Below, one piece after another: positions 19,457 through 29,772 of a stretch of 64,000 bases of DNA (the first letter of the stretch is position 1; every line of letters begins with the position of its first letter). The stretch is from a virus (lineage: Duplodnaviria > Caudoviricetes). The position numbers were made by a program, and so were the translations under genes. The stretch is taken from the IMG/VR virus record IMGVR_UViG_3300029288_000086, positions 64,001 to 128,000 of that record; one strand, given 5' to 3'. The notes below the pieces were generated by a model. The model ran no database searches, was not told where the DNA came from, and saw only the letters and a program-made list of their open reading frames with translations.

Positions 19457-20515
19457 TTAAGCAGTAGCAGTAATAGTAGCAGTATCTGTCAAAGTGCCAG
19501 AGACACTATCGGTATAGCAAGCACTAATTATAGCAATATATCCGGCAGCAATTGATGAACCAGCAGTCACAAGACCAGTATTTGCGCCAACACTATAGAA
19601 TGCAGCAGGAGGAGTTACTGAGCCTGAAGTCACGTGATACGACGCAGAAGTGGTCACATCAACATTTCCATTCAGTCCACCACGCAAGCCAAGAGCCTGA
19701 AGTTGGATGGTCTTAGGAAGTCCAGCAGCAACAGAGAATGAAGTATCTTTGCTCAAAAATAGATTATTCACACTAGGATTAGCACCAGTATAAGGGATAC
19801 GAGTAATAGTAGCATAATAATCATTGACAGTACAATTAGTCGTTTTAGTTACTAAAGCAGTCCCCTCAAGAGGTTGGCTTGAAACACCATTTGCTGTCAT
19901 TGCTAAAGTATAGTTACCCAGAACTTGGAAATTCGGAATATGAATTTGAACAAGATTGACAATACCTTTAGTAGTAGAATCTCTTTCCTGAGTAGTCAAG
20001 GTAAGGTCTACAATAGTAGGAGGAGCAACTGCTTCTACTGTAAGTTGATCGGCAGTTACCGCATATTCATAAACAGCCGTACCAGATAAACTATTTCCAC
20101 CAGAAACAGTGATTACACTACCAACAGGAGTCACGTTTTGAATAGTGGCAGGATCTCCAAGGAATACATTAACACCCTTTGTTCCAGTAGGAGTATTTGC
20201 CAAAGTAGCACTACCACTAGCAGAGAAGGTCACACATTCGGTTTTTAGAGCAGTCACAGAACTATTCAATACAGTCGTACCAGCGTTCAAAGACAAGATA
20301 TCCATATTGAAAGAAGCGTCAGTAATTTTGACATCAACTTTTTTATCATGAATATAGGTAAAGAGTAACTGGTTATTAATACCACCACGAACTTCAGTGG
20401 ATTGAGCAGACATGGTAAAAGCACTATCAATATTTGCCTTACCATACATTAAAGCAACACCAGTCGTAGAATCTCTGATAATTGCATCACCAACACTAAC
20501 AAGCACACGAGTCAT
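19457..20515 (-). CDS. Major tail tube protein with C-terminal Ig-like extension
   Basis: EVRGG.NN.L...Y.H....V.ITDA.F, Q..IP.FQ..G...L.MT..G pattern; followed by GC hairpin 19416-19436. Confidence 0.75.
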   Translation of the reverse strand: MTRVLVSVGDAIIRDSTTGVALMYGKANIDSAFTMSAQSTEVRGGINNQLLFTYIHDKKVDVKITDASFNMDILSLNAGTTVLNSSVTALKTECVTFSASGSATLANTPTGTKGVNVFLGDPATIQNVTPVGSVITVSGGNSLSGTAVYEYAVTADQLTVEAVAPPTIVDLTLTTQERDSTTKGIVNLVQIHIPNFQVLGNYTLAMTANGVSSQPLEGTALVTKTTNCTVNDYYATITRIPYTGANPSVNNLFLSKDTSFSVAAGLPKTIQLQALGLRGGLNGNVDVTTSASYHVTSGSVTPPAAFYSVGANTGLVTAGSSIAAGYIAIISACYTDSVSGTLTDTATITATA

Positions 20516-20533
20516 ATTTTATTTTCTCCTTTT

Positions 20534-21322
20534 TTATTTTAAAATGGTATTTCCGGTCAGTTCAGCTTCCAGTTTTCCGAATTCTTCCTGACTCATCAAT
20601 ATACTATCATATCTATCTTTTTTCTTTCTATGATAAAGATATGACTGTAATTTTCCACTTTTCATTTTTACTTGCCCTGATGCTATCAAAGGCTCATAAA
20701 GTTCATATTGCTTTAAAACAATAATTCTATCAAATAATTCTGATAGTTGATAAAGAGTCCATTCCCCTATTTCTTTAGGAATATATTTAAATAAAACAGA
20801 TAATGTAAATATCTGATCATTAAAAGTAAGAGGGTATTCCCTTTGAACCCATTTCAGATTTTCTTCTAGATCTGGATTGTATTGATTAATATAATCAATA
20901 TCACTGCCATTTTGTTCAAGAATTATTTCTCTAAGATTTTCAAACTCCTCTTCTGAAAATATTGTTTTCCCAATTTGTAATTGAAAAATACTGTTATCTA
21001 AATCTTCTAAAGTTTCTACTTTCCCCTTAGCATTTAAAGCTATTATTTCAACATCTTCATTTTTTGTAATATATTTAAAAAAATCTTCAATCATATGTTG
21101 AGGGATTTGAAGTTCTATTAACACAAATTTCAAATAACTCATTTTATATAATCTTTTTGTAGAAGACGCAGCCAATTTAGGATAAGTAAAAATACCGTTA
21201 AATAATTTAATATATTCTAAATCTTTTACAAGTAAGGGGTGAAATTCTATTTCTTTATATTTTTGAGGATATCCAAAAGCATCATTAATTTCATCATAAT
21301 TTTGTATCGCTTCTGTGTTCAC
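20534..21322 (-). CDS. Hypothetical tail-module protein
   Basis: F..LR.IIL.QN motif; between neck and tube genes. Confidence 0.5.
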   Translation of the reverse strand: MNTEAIQNYDEINDAFGYPQKYKEIEFHPLLVKDLEYIKLFNGIFTYPKLAASSTKRLYKMSYLKFVLIELQIPQHMIEDFFKYITKNEDVEIIALNAKGKVETLEDLDNSIFQLQIGKTIFSEEEFENLREIILEQNGSDIDYINQYNPDLEENLKWVQREYPLTFNDQIFTLSVLFKYIPKEIGEWTLYQLSELFDRIIVLKQYELYEPLIASGQVKMKSGKLQSYLYHRKKKDRYDSILMSQEEFGKLEAELTGNTILK

Positions 21323-21334
21323 ATGGATACCTCC

Positions 21335-21910
21335 CTAGAAATTCTGATTACACATAATTAATTCGAAACCTTTATATACACTATTACCAACATTTATACC
21401 TGTCATACGACAATATTGAGATGCTTTATAATCAAAGAATAATCTGCCCAAGTTTTCTATATCTGCTCCGTTTAATACTTCTATCAACCGCTGTATTATA
21501 GATAATGAACGAGGATTTTTATTACTCATCATATTGATGGTTTCATGACTGTATACTTCGAAGCGAATTGATTGAGTTCCTGTTACATAATTTTTAGGAA
21601 CAACAGTTACAGGACTTATTCTTAAAACAGTAGCAACTTCTGTCCATGCAGCGCTCATGCCCGCATCAAAGAAAACTCGATAATCAGTCATCATCCCATT
21701 GCCTTGATATATTAAGGCACCTTTTTGAGCACTAGTAAGATTAGCATTTACATTTACATTCCATGCAGTATTAACAGGATATTTTAGTAATCTCCAAATA
21801 AAATCATCATTATTCATAAGATAGGTTGTAATATTATAAGGGACTTCCTCTAATTTTGTATATTTGTTATAAGCATCTTGAATACCATCTAAAATTTGGG
21901 TTGCTGTCAT
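21335..21910 (-). CDS. Putative tail terminator/completion protein
   Basis: IWRLLKY, F.VY.H, R...I......LNG; position. Confidence 0.5.
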   Translation of the reverse strand: MTATQILDGIQDAYNKYTKLEEVPYNITTYLMNNDDFIWRLLKYPVNTAWNVNVNANLTSAQKGALIYQGNGMMTDYRVFFDAGMSAAWTEVATVLRISPVTVVPKNYVTGTQSIRFEVYSHETINMMSNKNPRSLSIIQRLIEVLNGADIENLGRLFFDYKASQYCRMTGINVGNSVYKGFELIMCNQNF

Positions 21911-21928
21911 TTTGCATATCTCCTTCTT

Positions 21929-23197
21929 TTAGAATGCGCCGTTAAGCGTTATTGAAATTTGTTTTGTGTATGAACCAGATGTTGCGGTTATGAGTAGGGG
22001 TAGGTCAAGGTATCGTTCTACGTTTTCTAATGAGAATCCATTATTATTTGTAATCATAATGTAATGATCAGTAGGAACATTTGTATTAGCAGCCGCAAAT
22101 GTAAAGGTATTTGCTTGTGCTACGCCATTAGTATAGAGATATGTTGTAAATATTGTTGTATCTCCTTCTAATATTTCTGTGTTATCTGATGGTAATACTC
22201 GTATCTCGGTTGTAGTCGTTCCAGATGCGGTCACAGATATTAATGCAGATGCCGATACGGAAGGATTACCTCCCATATACGATGTTATTGTTGTACTTCC
22301 AGATGCATTTAGAGTAATCGATCCAGATGTGTTGACAGTAGCTATGGTTGATGAACTAGTCGCATAGGTAAGAGAACCAGTTGTAGGTAGGTTGTTACAG
22401 AGTAGAGTAGCATTGATAGGATATGATTCTGATACGTTACCTGATATTTGAGAGGCTGAGAGGGAAATAGAGTACACCAACTTGTAGTAATCTGCGATAC
22501 CCAAAGTTAAGTTATCGGTTTGTGTATTATATTGATATCCGCCCATAGTCAAGGTCATCATTCTCGCTGTTGTATCTGTCAACGTTTGCTGATTTTGGGA
22601 ATTCATGATCCCGTTACCAAACAATTTCCAACACACTCTTTGATTTGGACGTCCAAATAAGAATCTTTGATTTGGCTGAACCAATTCTGTACGAGTATTT
22701 AGCTGTAGGAAACAGTCGCAATATCCTTGCGGAAGTGCAAGATCATCCTGCCTGAGCAAATCACGGGTTCCGGTGATATCATAATCCACGACAAGTGGCT
22801 CTTGATAAATAACACCGTTGTCACCAATCCAACGCAATTGCTCATTACATCTTCGAACAACACAATTCAAAAGTACTGACTTTATATTATCTGTAAATAC
22901 GCAGAGCCAAAAATTATCATCAAAGTAGAAAAGTGTGCCAATTGTAGGAATAAAAGTTTCATAAGTATCCAAGATTATTTGTTTCCAATCGTCTCCACGT
23001 TTTTGACCTGTTTTACTATCCACAACAGCAGTAATACGAACATCTATGTCTTGATATATTTGACTTCCAAAAGATATTTCTCGTTGTATAGTAAAAATAT
23101 CTGTACTATTTTTAAATAGTGTATGTCCTGCGTATTTATACTCATTTACTTTTATTTGACTAGCGGAAGGGGTTTGTCCGAGCGCAAATCTCATCAT
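21929..23197 (-). CDS. Head-closure/neck protein with Ig-like (Big_2) domain
   Basis: RRCN..LRW, NQRF.FG, SS..IATV..SG.IT....G.TTIT. Confidence 0.65.
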   Translation of the reverse strand: MMRFALGQTPSASQIKVNEYKYAGHTLFKNSTDIFTIQREISFGSQIYQDIDVRITAVVDSKTGQKRGDDWKQIILDTYETFIPTIGTLFYFDDNFWLCVFTDNIKSVLLNCVVRRCNEQLRWIGDNGVIYQEPLVVDYDITGTRDLLRQDDLALPQGYCDCFLQLNTRTELVQPNQRFLFGRPNQRVCWKLFGNGIMNSQNQQTLTDTTARMMTLTMGGYQYNTQTDNLTLGIADYYKLVYSISLSASQISGNVSESYPINATLLCNNLPTTGSLTYATSSSTIATVNTSGSITLNASGSTTITSYMGGNPSVSASALISVTASGTTTTEIRVLPSDNTEILEGDTTIFTTYLYTNGVAQANTFTFAAANTNVPTDHYIMITNNNGFSLENVERYLDLPLLITATSGSYTKQISITLNGAF

Positions 23198-23209
23198 ATT
23201 ACCCCTCCT

Positions 23210-23686
23210 TTATGTAGTATAAAAAGTCTGATTAAACCAATTGTCCCAAGACACATTATTATCCCAATCATAATCACCCAATAACTTATCAACGCCTTCA
23301 ATAACTTCAATCAAGTATGCTTTCATTGATGGAAGCATGGGAGCAGACATCTTAAATTCCCTATCAACAAAATATCTTCCAAGGGCATTTTTGTCTGATA
23401 CTTGTTGTTGCAACCATTGTTTAACCATTGCGCGAGACAAAATATTGATCTCTCTACTTGCCAAATCTCTTGTAAAATATCCGACAACAGACGATCCAGA
23501 CCCTTCGGTATAACTCATATCTGCCGTTGTTACTCTTGAAAAATCATCAATTGCGGCGAGAAGCCAGTATTCAGTATAATTGACCATCGCAGCAGATCCG
23601 CTAGTAGTATAAAGCGTGTTCAAAGTATCATCATTTTTTATTTGTAGCATAAATCTGTCTACAACACTACTTGCACTTGTTCCCAT
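23210..23686 (-). CDS. Head-tail adaptor protein
   Basis: MGT....V.DRF...I, F..DL...EI.IL...M...WL. Confidence 0.6.
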   Translation of the reverse strand: MGTSASSVVDRFMLQIKNDDTLNTLYTTSGSAAMVNYTEYWLLAAIDDFSRVTTADMSYTEGSGSSVVGYFTRDLASREINILSRAMVKQWLQQQVSDKNALGRYFVDREFKMSAPMLPSMKAYLIEVIEGVDKLLGDYDWDNNVSWDNWFNQTFYTT

Positions 23687-23795
23687 AGCCCTCCTTTCTT
23701 ATTGTTTAATTTTTATCAATATAGTTAATATTAAAAAATCTACCTTCGATTAAAAAGATAGATTTGTTAATATATATTATAATTTTTTATTTTTA

Positions 23796-24836
23796 TCAGG
23801 GGATTATTAGTTCACCAGATGCTATTTTTTGTTGTTCTTTGTATTGCATAAAATCTTCAAATTGATTAAGTGAATTGTTATATTGCCCATACCAGCTATG
23901 AAATTCGTCGTGGTGTTTCTTACAAATTGCTACACCCAATAAATGCCTGTAATGTATTTCTAAAACTTTATCAACTATAATATCTATTTCTTTAGTGTCA
24001 TACTCTGAAATTCTTAATCTTCTTTTTATACCCAATTCTCTAAAAGCATCATGAACTATATTATAAAAATTATAAAGATGGTGTATATGAAGATGTTTTG
24101 TTTCACCGCAAATTAAACATTTATGATTAGATATTTCTAAAGATTCATCCCTCCATTTTTTCATTTTCTTTTGCAAATAACTAAAAATTAATGTTTTACC
24201 ACCTTGCCAATTGTTTCCTCCCTCGCCTCTTTTTTCTAACGAAACTCTTTCTGTTGTACATTGATTGCATCTACAAGAATATAATAAACTTGAAATATCA
24301 TGAGTTTCAATATGTCCTTTTGGGCATTTCGTTTTTACTACAGAATGATTATTTAAATAACCATCTACAAATTCTACTATTTCAAGTCCTTTTGTTTTTA
24401 AACGATTTTCAATTTCTTTCTCACCTAATCGCCTTGATTTTCCACCTAGTTTTCTACCACATTCAGGACAACGCGACCCTTTTTTAAAATTATAAAAAGA
24501 TAATTCTTTCGTATGTCCACAAGGAAAGCTTATTAAAAGTTTCTCATCTACACCATAATAATTTTCAGAAATCAATTCACAATCTGTCGAATTTATATAG
24601 TTTTTAACATAATCAAAAGAAAACGAATGCTTTTTTCGTCTACCTTCATTCGCGCACTGGGGACATCCGGTTCCTCTTCCAATTATATCTCGCGGCATAG
24701 TATAGAAATCAACACCGTGGAGATTACATCTAAATTTTCCTTTTGCACTCATTTTTGTATATTCTAACACCGTAATATTATTTCCAAATTTTTCAAACAC
24801 CAAATATTCTATTTCTTTCAAATCTTTTTTTCTCAA
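23796..24836 (-). CDS. Free-standing HNH endonuclease with repeated Zn-finger DNA-binding modules
   Basis: C..HG..F..GCP.C repeats, NNWQGG, CLICG....L.IHHL, C..HH..FH..YG; own promoter and structured leader. Confidence 0.85.
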   Translation of the reverse strand: MRKKDLKEIEYLVFEKFGNNITVLEYTKMSAKGKFRCNLHGVDFYTMPRDIIGRGTGCPQCANEGRRKKHSFSFDYVKNYINSTDCELISENYYGVDEKLLISFPCGHTKELSFYNFKKGSRCPECGRKLGGKSRRLGEKEIENRLKTKGLEIVEFVDGYLNNHSVVKTKCPKGHIETHDISSLLYSCRCNQCTTERVSLEKRGEGGNNWQGGKTLIFSYLQKKMKKWRDESLEISNHKCLICGETKHLHIHHLYNFYNIVHDAFRELGIKRRLRISEYDTKEIDIIVDKVLEIHYRHLLGVAICKKHHDEFHSWYGQYNNSLNQFEDFMQYKEQQKIASGELIIP

Positions 24837-24860
24837 TTTTATCTCCCAATTTCAATAAAT

Positions 24861-24944
24861 ACCCTTAATTATAAAAATGAGCGAAAGAATACTTAAGGGT
24901 CGTATTCTTGTCAACAAATTCATGAGGTTTGTCTATCCGCTCAT
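24861..24944 (-). ncRNA. Candidate cis-regulatory RNA leader (three stems plus pseudoknot) upstream of HNH gene
   Basis: Closing stem AUGAGCG/CGCUCAU, inner hairpins, loop ACCCUUAA complementary to downstream UUAAGGGU. Confidence 0.55.
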
Positions 24945-24952
24945 TTACATTT

Positions 24953-24981
24953 ATATTACCACACTTTTACAATTTTGTCAA
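24953..24981 (-). promoter_or_regulatory. Sigma70/SigA promoter
   Basis: TTGACA-17-TAATAT with extended TG. Confidence 0.7.
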
Positions 24982-25038
24982 GGGTTAAATAAATATTCCT
25001 TCCCTCTTATTGCTATATAGTAAAAACCACGTTATTTT

Positions 25039-25707
25039 CTAATCTTCTAATTTGTTCCTTTCAATGCTTTCTTTTTGAGCCATCACCCTCTGATTAATAT
25101 CAATGCCTGAAATTTCAGAAACTTTACGAATTAAATTCATATCAATATCTTGACCTTCAACAAGCATTTCTATTAACATATTTGCAATAATCCCTTGTTG
25201 GCCAACATTTGCAGATTTAAGTAATTTATCAGAATTTGGGGAATTTGCTAATATTTCTTTTATTTTATCGGCGCTTAAAATTTTCTTATAATCTTCTTCC
25301 ATGCCTAATAGTCTAACAGCAGAGGTATTATTTACAAAAAAATATCCTTTTCTTGCAAAATTTCTTTGATTCTCTTTAATTTGCGCAATTTCTGAAAACA
25401 TGATATTTTTTGTTTCACCAAAATAATCAAAACTATATCTGTTTCCTTGTCCGTGATCTTTTGTATTTAAATTAAGCTTATCATTACAAAGGCTGACAAC
25501 TTCAATCATGTCATTTGGAGATATGTTCACATATTGTTGCTGATTCTGTTTACTTTCTAATTCTAAAGCTTTATTTTTCCAATATTCTAGTTCAGATATA
25601 TTGGGATCATCATGCCTTACGGTTGAAACTTTTTTTAAAACTTTTTTTGCCCCTTCTCCGTTCTGAGAAGAATTTATTACTTTATCTAAAGATTTAGCGG
25701 GAGCCAT
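25039..25707 (-). CDS. Conserved hypothetical head-module protein
   Basis: Directly downstream of capsid; F..FGE...I, G.F.V motif. Confidence 0.55.
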   Translation of the reverse strand: MAPAKSLDKVINSSQNGEGAKKVLKKVSTVRHDDPNISELEYWKNKALELESKQNQQQYVNISPNDMIEVVSLCNDKLNLNTKDHGQGNRYSFDYFGETKNIMFSEIAQIKENQRNFARKGYFFVNNTSAVRLLGMEEDYKKILSADKIKEILANSPNSDKLLKSANVGQQGIIANMLIEMLVEGQDIDMNLIRKVSEISGIDINQRVMAQKESIERNKLED

Positions 25708-25750
25708 TTTTTTATTTTCCTTTTCTTTTTTATAAAATTTTTATTTTGAT

Positions 25751-25780
25751 AATATGGAGGGCTTTTACACCCTCCATATT
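25751..25780 (-). terminator. Terminator after major capsid gene
   Basis: AATATGGAGGG / CCCTCCATATT hairpin. Confidence 0.65.
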
Positions 25781-25794
25781 TAACATACTGAACG

Positions 25795-26931
25795 TTATGA
25801 AACTGTAATCTCGGCTGCGACGCTCGAAGTAACTACGCCAACAGTCCAAGATTTCCACATAGTAGCCTGTTGAGACATGTCTGGATTAGCATATGGTTCA
25901 TCGACATTACTCATAGCTGTTCCACCAATAACACATTTGATAAGCTTATCGGTTCCAGGAGCAACAATCCAAACACGATCATTATTCAAGAAAGTAGCAA
26001 ATGGGCCGGTAGAAAAGTCGGCAACCTGCGGTAGTTCATAGGTATTAATACCAGAAATGTTGCGCATATAACCAAGTTTCACATAATCGCTTTCGATCTC
26101 GTATCTATAATTAGCATCATTTGGAAAGATTTTATTTAAGGCAATCTTGGTGCCAACAGCAATAGTAGCAGCCCCACCTGACCACGATGAAACTTTATCT
26201 GATAAAGTAATCAAATCGTCTTGGGAATATCCGACTACGCGCAATCCGGTGGATGCGGTAGTTGAGAGTGCGGCCATAGCAGTAGCCATAGATGTATAAA
26301 TATCCCGACTCATCTCTGTCTCAAGTGCCAGCAACGCCTTGGCGATAAAGTTTCCGAGGCTCTCCTTGCCGGTAAGAACTCTCCACAAATTAAGACTAAC
26401 CGTAACTTGTCTCATTTCAGGAGTCAAGAACTTCTGGCCAAGGAATTGAGTCTGGCGATTAGCCTGTTTCTTTCCGAGATTTGAAGCTTTAGTAACAGCA
26501 AAAATATCACGAGAGCGAATATCGAAGATGGCTGTTTCGCCCCAACCAACGGTTTGTATCGACGCGAAAGCGCTGTTTCCCTTCAAAACCGTATCGGGCA
26601 GAATACTGTCAATAATTTGAGTACCAATATTTCCGATAGCCCAGCGAAGAGTAGGGTGATTATGATATTCATTAGCAGTAGCAGGAGAAAGATCGGTAAT
26701 ACCGACTTTCTTTGCGGCATAATTCAAAATCATTTCACTTAAAGCTTCTGATTTTTGGGTTAAGGTAACTTCTTTGCCTTCACGATCTTTTGATGCATAA
26801 GAAAACTTGGTTGATGTATTTCTAGAATTTTCGGATTGGTAATGATTCCAAAAATCAATAGAACTTTCAAGAATAGTTTTCATGTCTACATCGGCAGCAA
26901 AATGTAAAACGTTTGCAGGTAATTTAGTCAT
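25795..26931 (-). CDS. Major capsid protein
   Basis: 378 aa, after scaffold and decoration genes; strong SD; GTK.AL.K, G..DK.IK.V.GG pattern. Confidence 0.8.
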   Translation of the reverse strand: MTKLPANVLHFAADVDMKTILESSIDFWNHYQSENSRNTSTKFSYASKDREGKEVTLTQKSEALSEMILNYAAKKVGITDLSPATANEYHNHPTLRWAIGNIGTQIIDSILPDTVLKGNSAFASIQTVGWGETAIFDIRSRDIFAVTKASNLGKKQANRQTQFLGQKFLTPEMRQVTVSLNLWRVLTGKESLGNFIAKALLALETEMSRDIYTSMATAMAALSTTASTGLRVVGYSQDDLITLSDKVSSWSGGAATIAVGTKIALNKIFPNDANYRYEIESDYVKLGYMRNISGINTYELPQVADFSTGPFATFLNNDRVWIVAPGTDKLIKCVIGGTAMSNVDEPYANPDMSQQATMWKSWTVGVVTSSVAAEITVS

Positions 26932-26993
26932 ATTTTTATTTATCCTCCATTTTTTTTATTTTTTGTGTAAAGTCAGGTAAGAACATGACTAGA

Positions 26994-27521
26994 TTAGATG
27001 TGAGCAACTCTAAATTGGAAAGCCGCCACTCTTCCTGATCCAATGCTTCCATCAGGGAGAGATATGTAAGCGGTCTTCAAATATTGAAGATAAAAACCAT
27101 TAACAGTTACAGCAGACCACTTGAGTTTATAGTTACCGCCATCATCAGGAATAGCGTAAGCAGCAACAGTGGAACTATCGAGAGTTTCAGCGCTAACAGT
27201 CACAATATCTCCTAACTGTAAACGCCTCGCAACACCGACTTCTCCGGCAATTGTATAAAAATCACGAGCATTTCCTAGCCCATTAACTTTTTCACCAGCG
27301 CCATTAAGTAAGAAAGGCAACACTGGGGTATCAACCATGTGAATGCCGGTCATAGAAGCCGAGTTAGGAGCGGTAGCAGCAAAACATTCGCTCGCAGAAA
27401 CGGTTAACAACACGACAAGATTGCCGTTATCAAGATTGGATGCGCTTATAAAGTTTGAGCTATAAGCATTTACATCCTGTGCAGCGATACTATCTAAGTT
27501 TGTAACAGTATGATAAGTCAT
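26994..27521 (-). CDS. Capsid decoration/cement protein
   Basis: LDNG.LV.L, F...AGEV..A..L..GDI.TVS; immediately upstream of capsid with identical 5' UTR. Confidence 0.65.
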   Translation of the reverse strand: MTYHTVTNLDSIAAQDVNAYSSNFISASNLDNGNLVVLLTVSASECFAATAPNSASMTGIHMVDTPVLPFLLNGAGEKVNGLGNARDFYTIAGEVGVARRLQLGDIVTVSAETLDSSTVAAYAIPDDGGNYKLKWSAVTVNGFYLQYLKTAYISLPDGSIGSGRVAAFQFRVAHI

Positions 27522-27550
27522 ATTTTTATTTATCCTCCATTTTTATTGAA

Positions 27551-29494
27551 TTAATTTTTTGGCAACCAACCTTCTTTGGCGTATTTTTTAGATACATCCT
27601 CTGAAGATTCGTTATCTCTATGTAACCAAGAATTGACAGTAACCATACGGGTGAATGTCTCTTTTTTCTTGGGGCCATCTTTAATACGTTCATAAGCTAA
27701 ACTTTTTTTGCTACTTTGCCAAGCAGGAAGAGTATCCAAAGTAAATTCTTTTACTTCTTCTCTAGCATTGTCAAGTTCTTCTTTTGAGAATACATCAGAC
27801 ACTTCTTGTAAAGTTTTTTCAACAGCATAATCGAACTGTTGCTTTTCAATTTTATCTTTATATTCTTTAAGTTTAGCATTTTCAGCCATATAAACATCTT
27901 TGTCTTCTTTGGCGGCAACAGATTCTTCTGCCATTTTACACATTTTTTTATACATAGCAGAACAAAGCAAAGCATAATTCATTTCCTCGCCAGCAGTATA
28001 TTTGTCAGCAAGTTCTTTATTGTCTTCAGTTTCGTCTACAAGCATTTGCATAAGTGCAGCCATATCAAGATTTGCGTCTAAAGACATTTTTTCTTCTTTA
28101 GGTTCTTCTTTCTCTTTGGCTTCTTCAGCAGGAGTTTCTTTTTCCTCATCTTCTTTTTTTTCTTCTTCAGAAGTTTCAGTTTTTTCTTCTACTGCCATTT
28201 CTTCTGTTTCTACCGCCATTTTTTCTTTTTCTGGCTGAGTTTCAGATTCTGGAAGTTTTTCTTCTGCCATAGTTTCTTCTTTAGGTTCTAATTCTTTATC
28301 ATTTTCATCTTTCACACTAAGTTCCTCCTTTTTTACAGATTTATTCTTCACCCAAATTCCCCCTTCAACGTGATATCTTTTTTTAAAACTATTTATGGCC
28401 GTGGGCCATGCATATTCTCCACCTATCGCATCGGCTTGAGCAGCTATTGCATTTGCTTGGCTCAACGAAATAGGAGGTTTAATACCTTTGAGAGCAGGGT
28501 TTATGTCAGATATTTTTTCATATGGAAATGTCAAAACTTCACCATCATCAAAATAAGACATAGGCTTATCTTCGATTTCTTTCATTCTGTTAACCATATC
28601 TTTAGACCATTCTAGCGCTTCATTTCCCCCATATAACATCCAATTTATATGAGATGTTGTTGGAGGAGACTTCTTTCTAGAATCGTTTTGATGATATGAC
28701 AAATATTTATGCGCCGATTTAATTTTTTCAGGATGCGCCTTTTCATTTTTAGAAAAATGTCTAGCAATAGTTAATGCAACAGAATTTCCACCTATTCCAT
28801 ATTGCTTATATAATTCCAATCCTTTACTAGAATTATTTTTAATCTCTTGAGAAATAGAAAAATCAATTGAAGAATATTTAGAAAATTCTTTCGCATAATC
28901 TTGCTGATATTTTTCATTAAGCTGAGAAAACGATAATACTTGAAGTTCTGCATTTTCGATTGCACTTTTTACAGATGCTCCTAATAAGCATATCCCAAAA
29001 TAGCAAAAATCATCCATTTCTTCTATGCCATTATCTTCTCGTATATGAGATTCATAAAGCCACATTTCAACACTGATTCCAACTTTGCCATCTCTTTTTT
29101 CAAGAATTTCAGATACGGCGGGAACATAAATTTTCCAAATTTTGGCATCTACGTAAAATCCCAAAACTTCTTCGCCGTTCTCATTTATTACTTTTTCAAA
29201 AGATCCAGTATCTGGAATAGCGAACCCGCATATTAAACTCTTATCTACTTCTACGTGTGAACCGAAGTCCCTACCGCTATTAATTAAATTATATACAATA
29301 GGCATATTGTAGATAGTAGATGCTGTTTTTTTAAGGGTTTCTTCGCTGCAAAAAAGATCATGATAATTCTTACCCGATGAAAATGCATGAATTCTACAAG
29401 TTATAAATCTAGAATCAGGATTATCTTCGATTATTTCTGCTGAGTCAACACTAAAAACTAACGGCTTTCTTTCTTCTGTTCTTTCTTCACTCAA
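27551..29494 (-). CDS. Prohead protease fused to acidic scaffold
   Basis: G.N.H, FGSH, IWK.Y, ISVEM, F.GICLLG..V..A, then E/K-rich coiled coil. Confidence 0.8.
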   Translation of the reverse strand: MSEERTEERKPLVFSVDSAEIIEDNPDSRFITCRIHAFSSGKNYHDLFCSEETLKKTASTIYNMPIVYNLINSGRDFGSHVEVDKSLICGFAIPDTGSFEKVINENGEEVLGFYVDAKIWKIYVPAVSEILEKRDGKVGISVEMWLYESHIREDNGIEEMDDFCYFGICLLGASVKSAIENAELQVLSFSQLNEKYQQDYAKEFSKYSSIDFSISQEIKNNSSKGLELYKQYGIGGNSVALTIARHFSKNEKAHPEKIKSAHKYLSYHQNDSRKKSPPTTSHINWMLYGGNEALEWSKDMVNRMKEIEDKPMSYFDDGEVLTFPYEKISDINPALKGIKPPISLSQANAIAAQADAIGGEYAWPTAINSFKKRYHVEGGIWVKNKSVKKEELSVKDENDKELEPKEETMAEEKLPESETQPEKEKMAVETEEMAVEEKTETSEEEKKEDEEKETPAEEAKEKEEPKEEKMSLDANLDMAALMQMLVDETEDNKELADKYTAGEEMNYALLCSAMYKKMCKMAEESVAAKEDKDVYMAENAKLKEYKDKIEKQQFDYAVEKTLQEVSDVFSKEELDNAREEVKEFTLDTLPAWQSSKKSLAYERIKDGPKKKETFTRMVTVNSWLHRDNESSEDVSKKYAKEGWLPKN

Positions 29495-29772
29495 TTATTC
29501 CTCCTTTCTCAAGAGGGAAAATAATTCCGTCTTTAAAAATTCTATCAAATTATTGCTCAATAAAAACACGTTTCATGGACTAATATTGTTTCGCCCATTT
29601 AACCCATAAAGGAGAGGTTTTTAATGCATCTTCCAAAATTTTAGTTTGTGAAAAATAATAAATATCCCCCTCTATTGTTAAAAGGGGAACTCCATGGTTC
29701 TCTAAATAGTTTGATATTTTCTCTTTGAAACCAATTTTATTTTTAATAGATTTTGAATTAACTATAAACATT

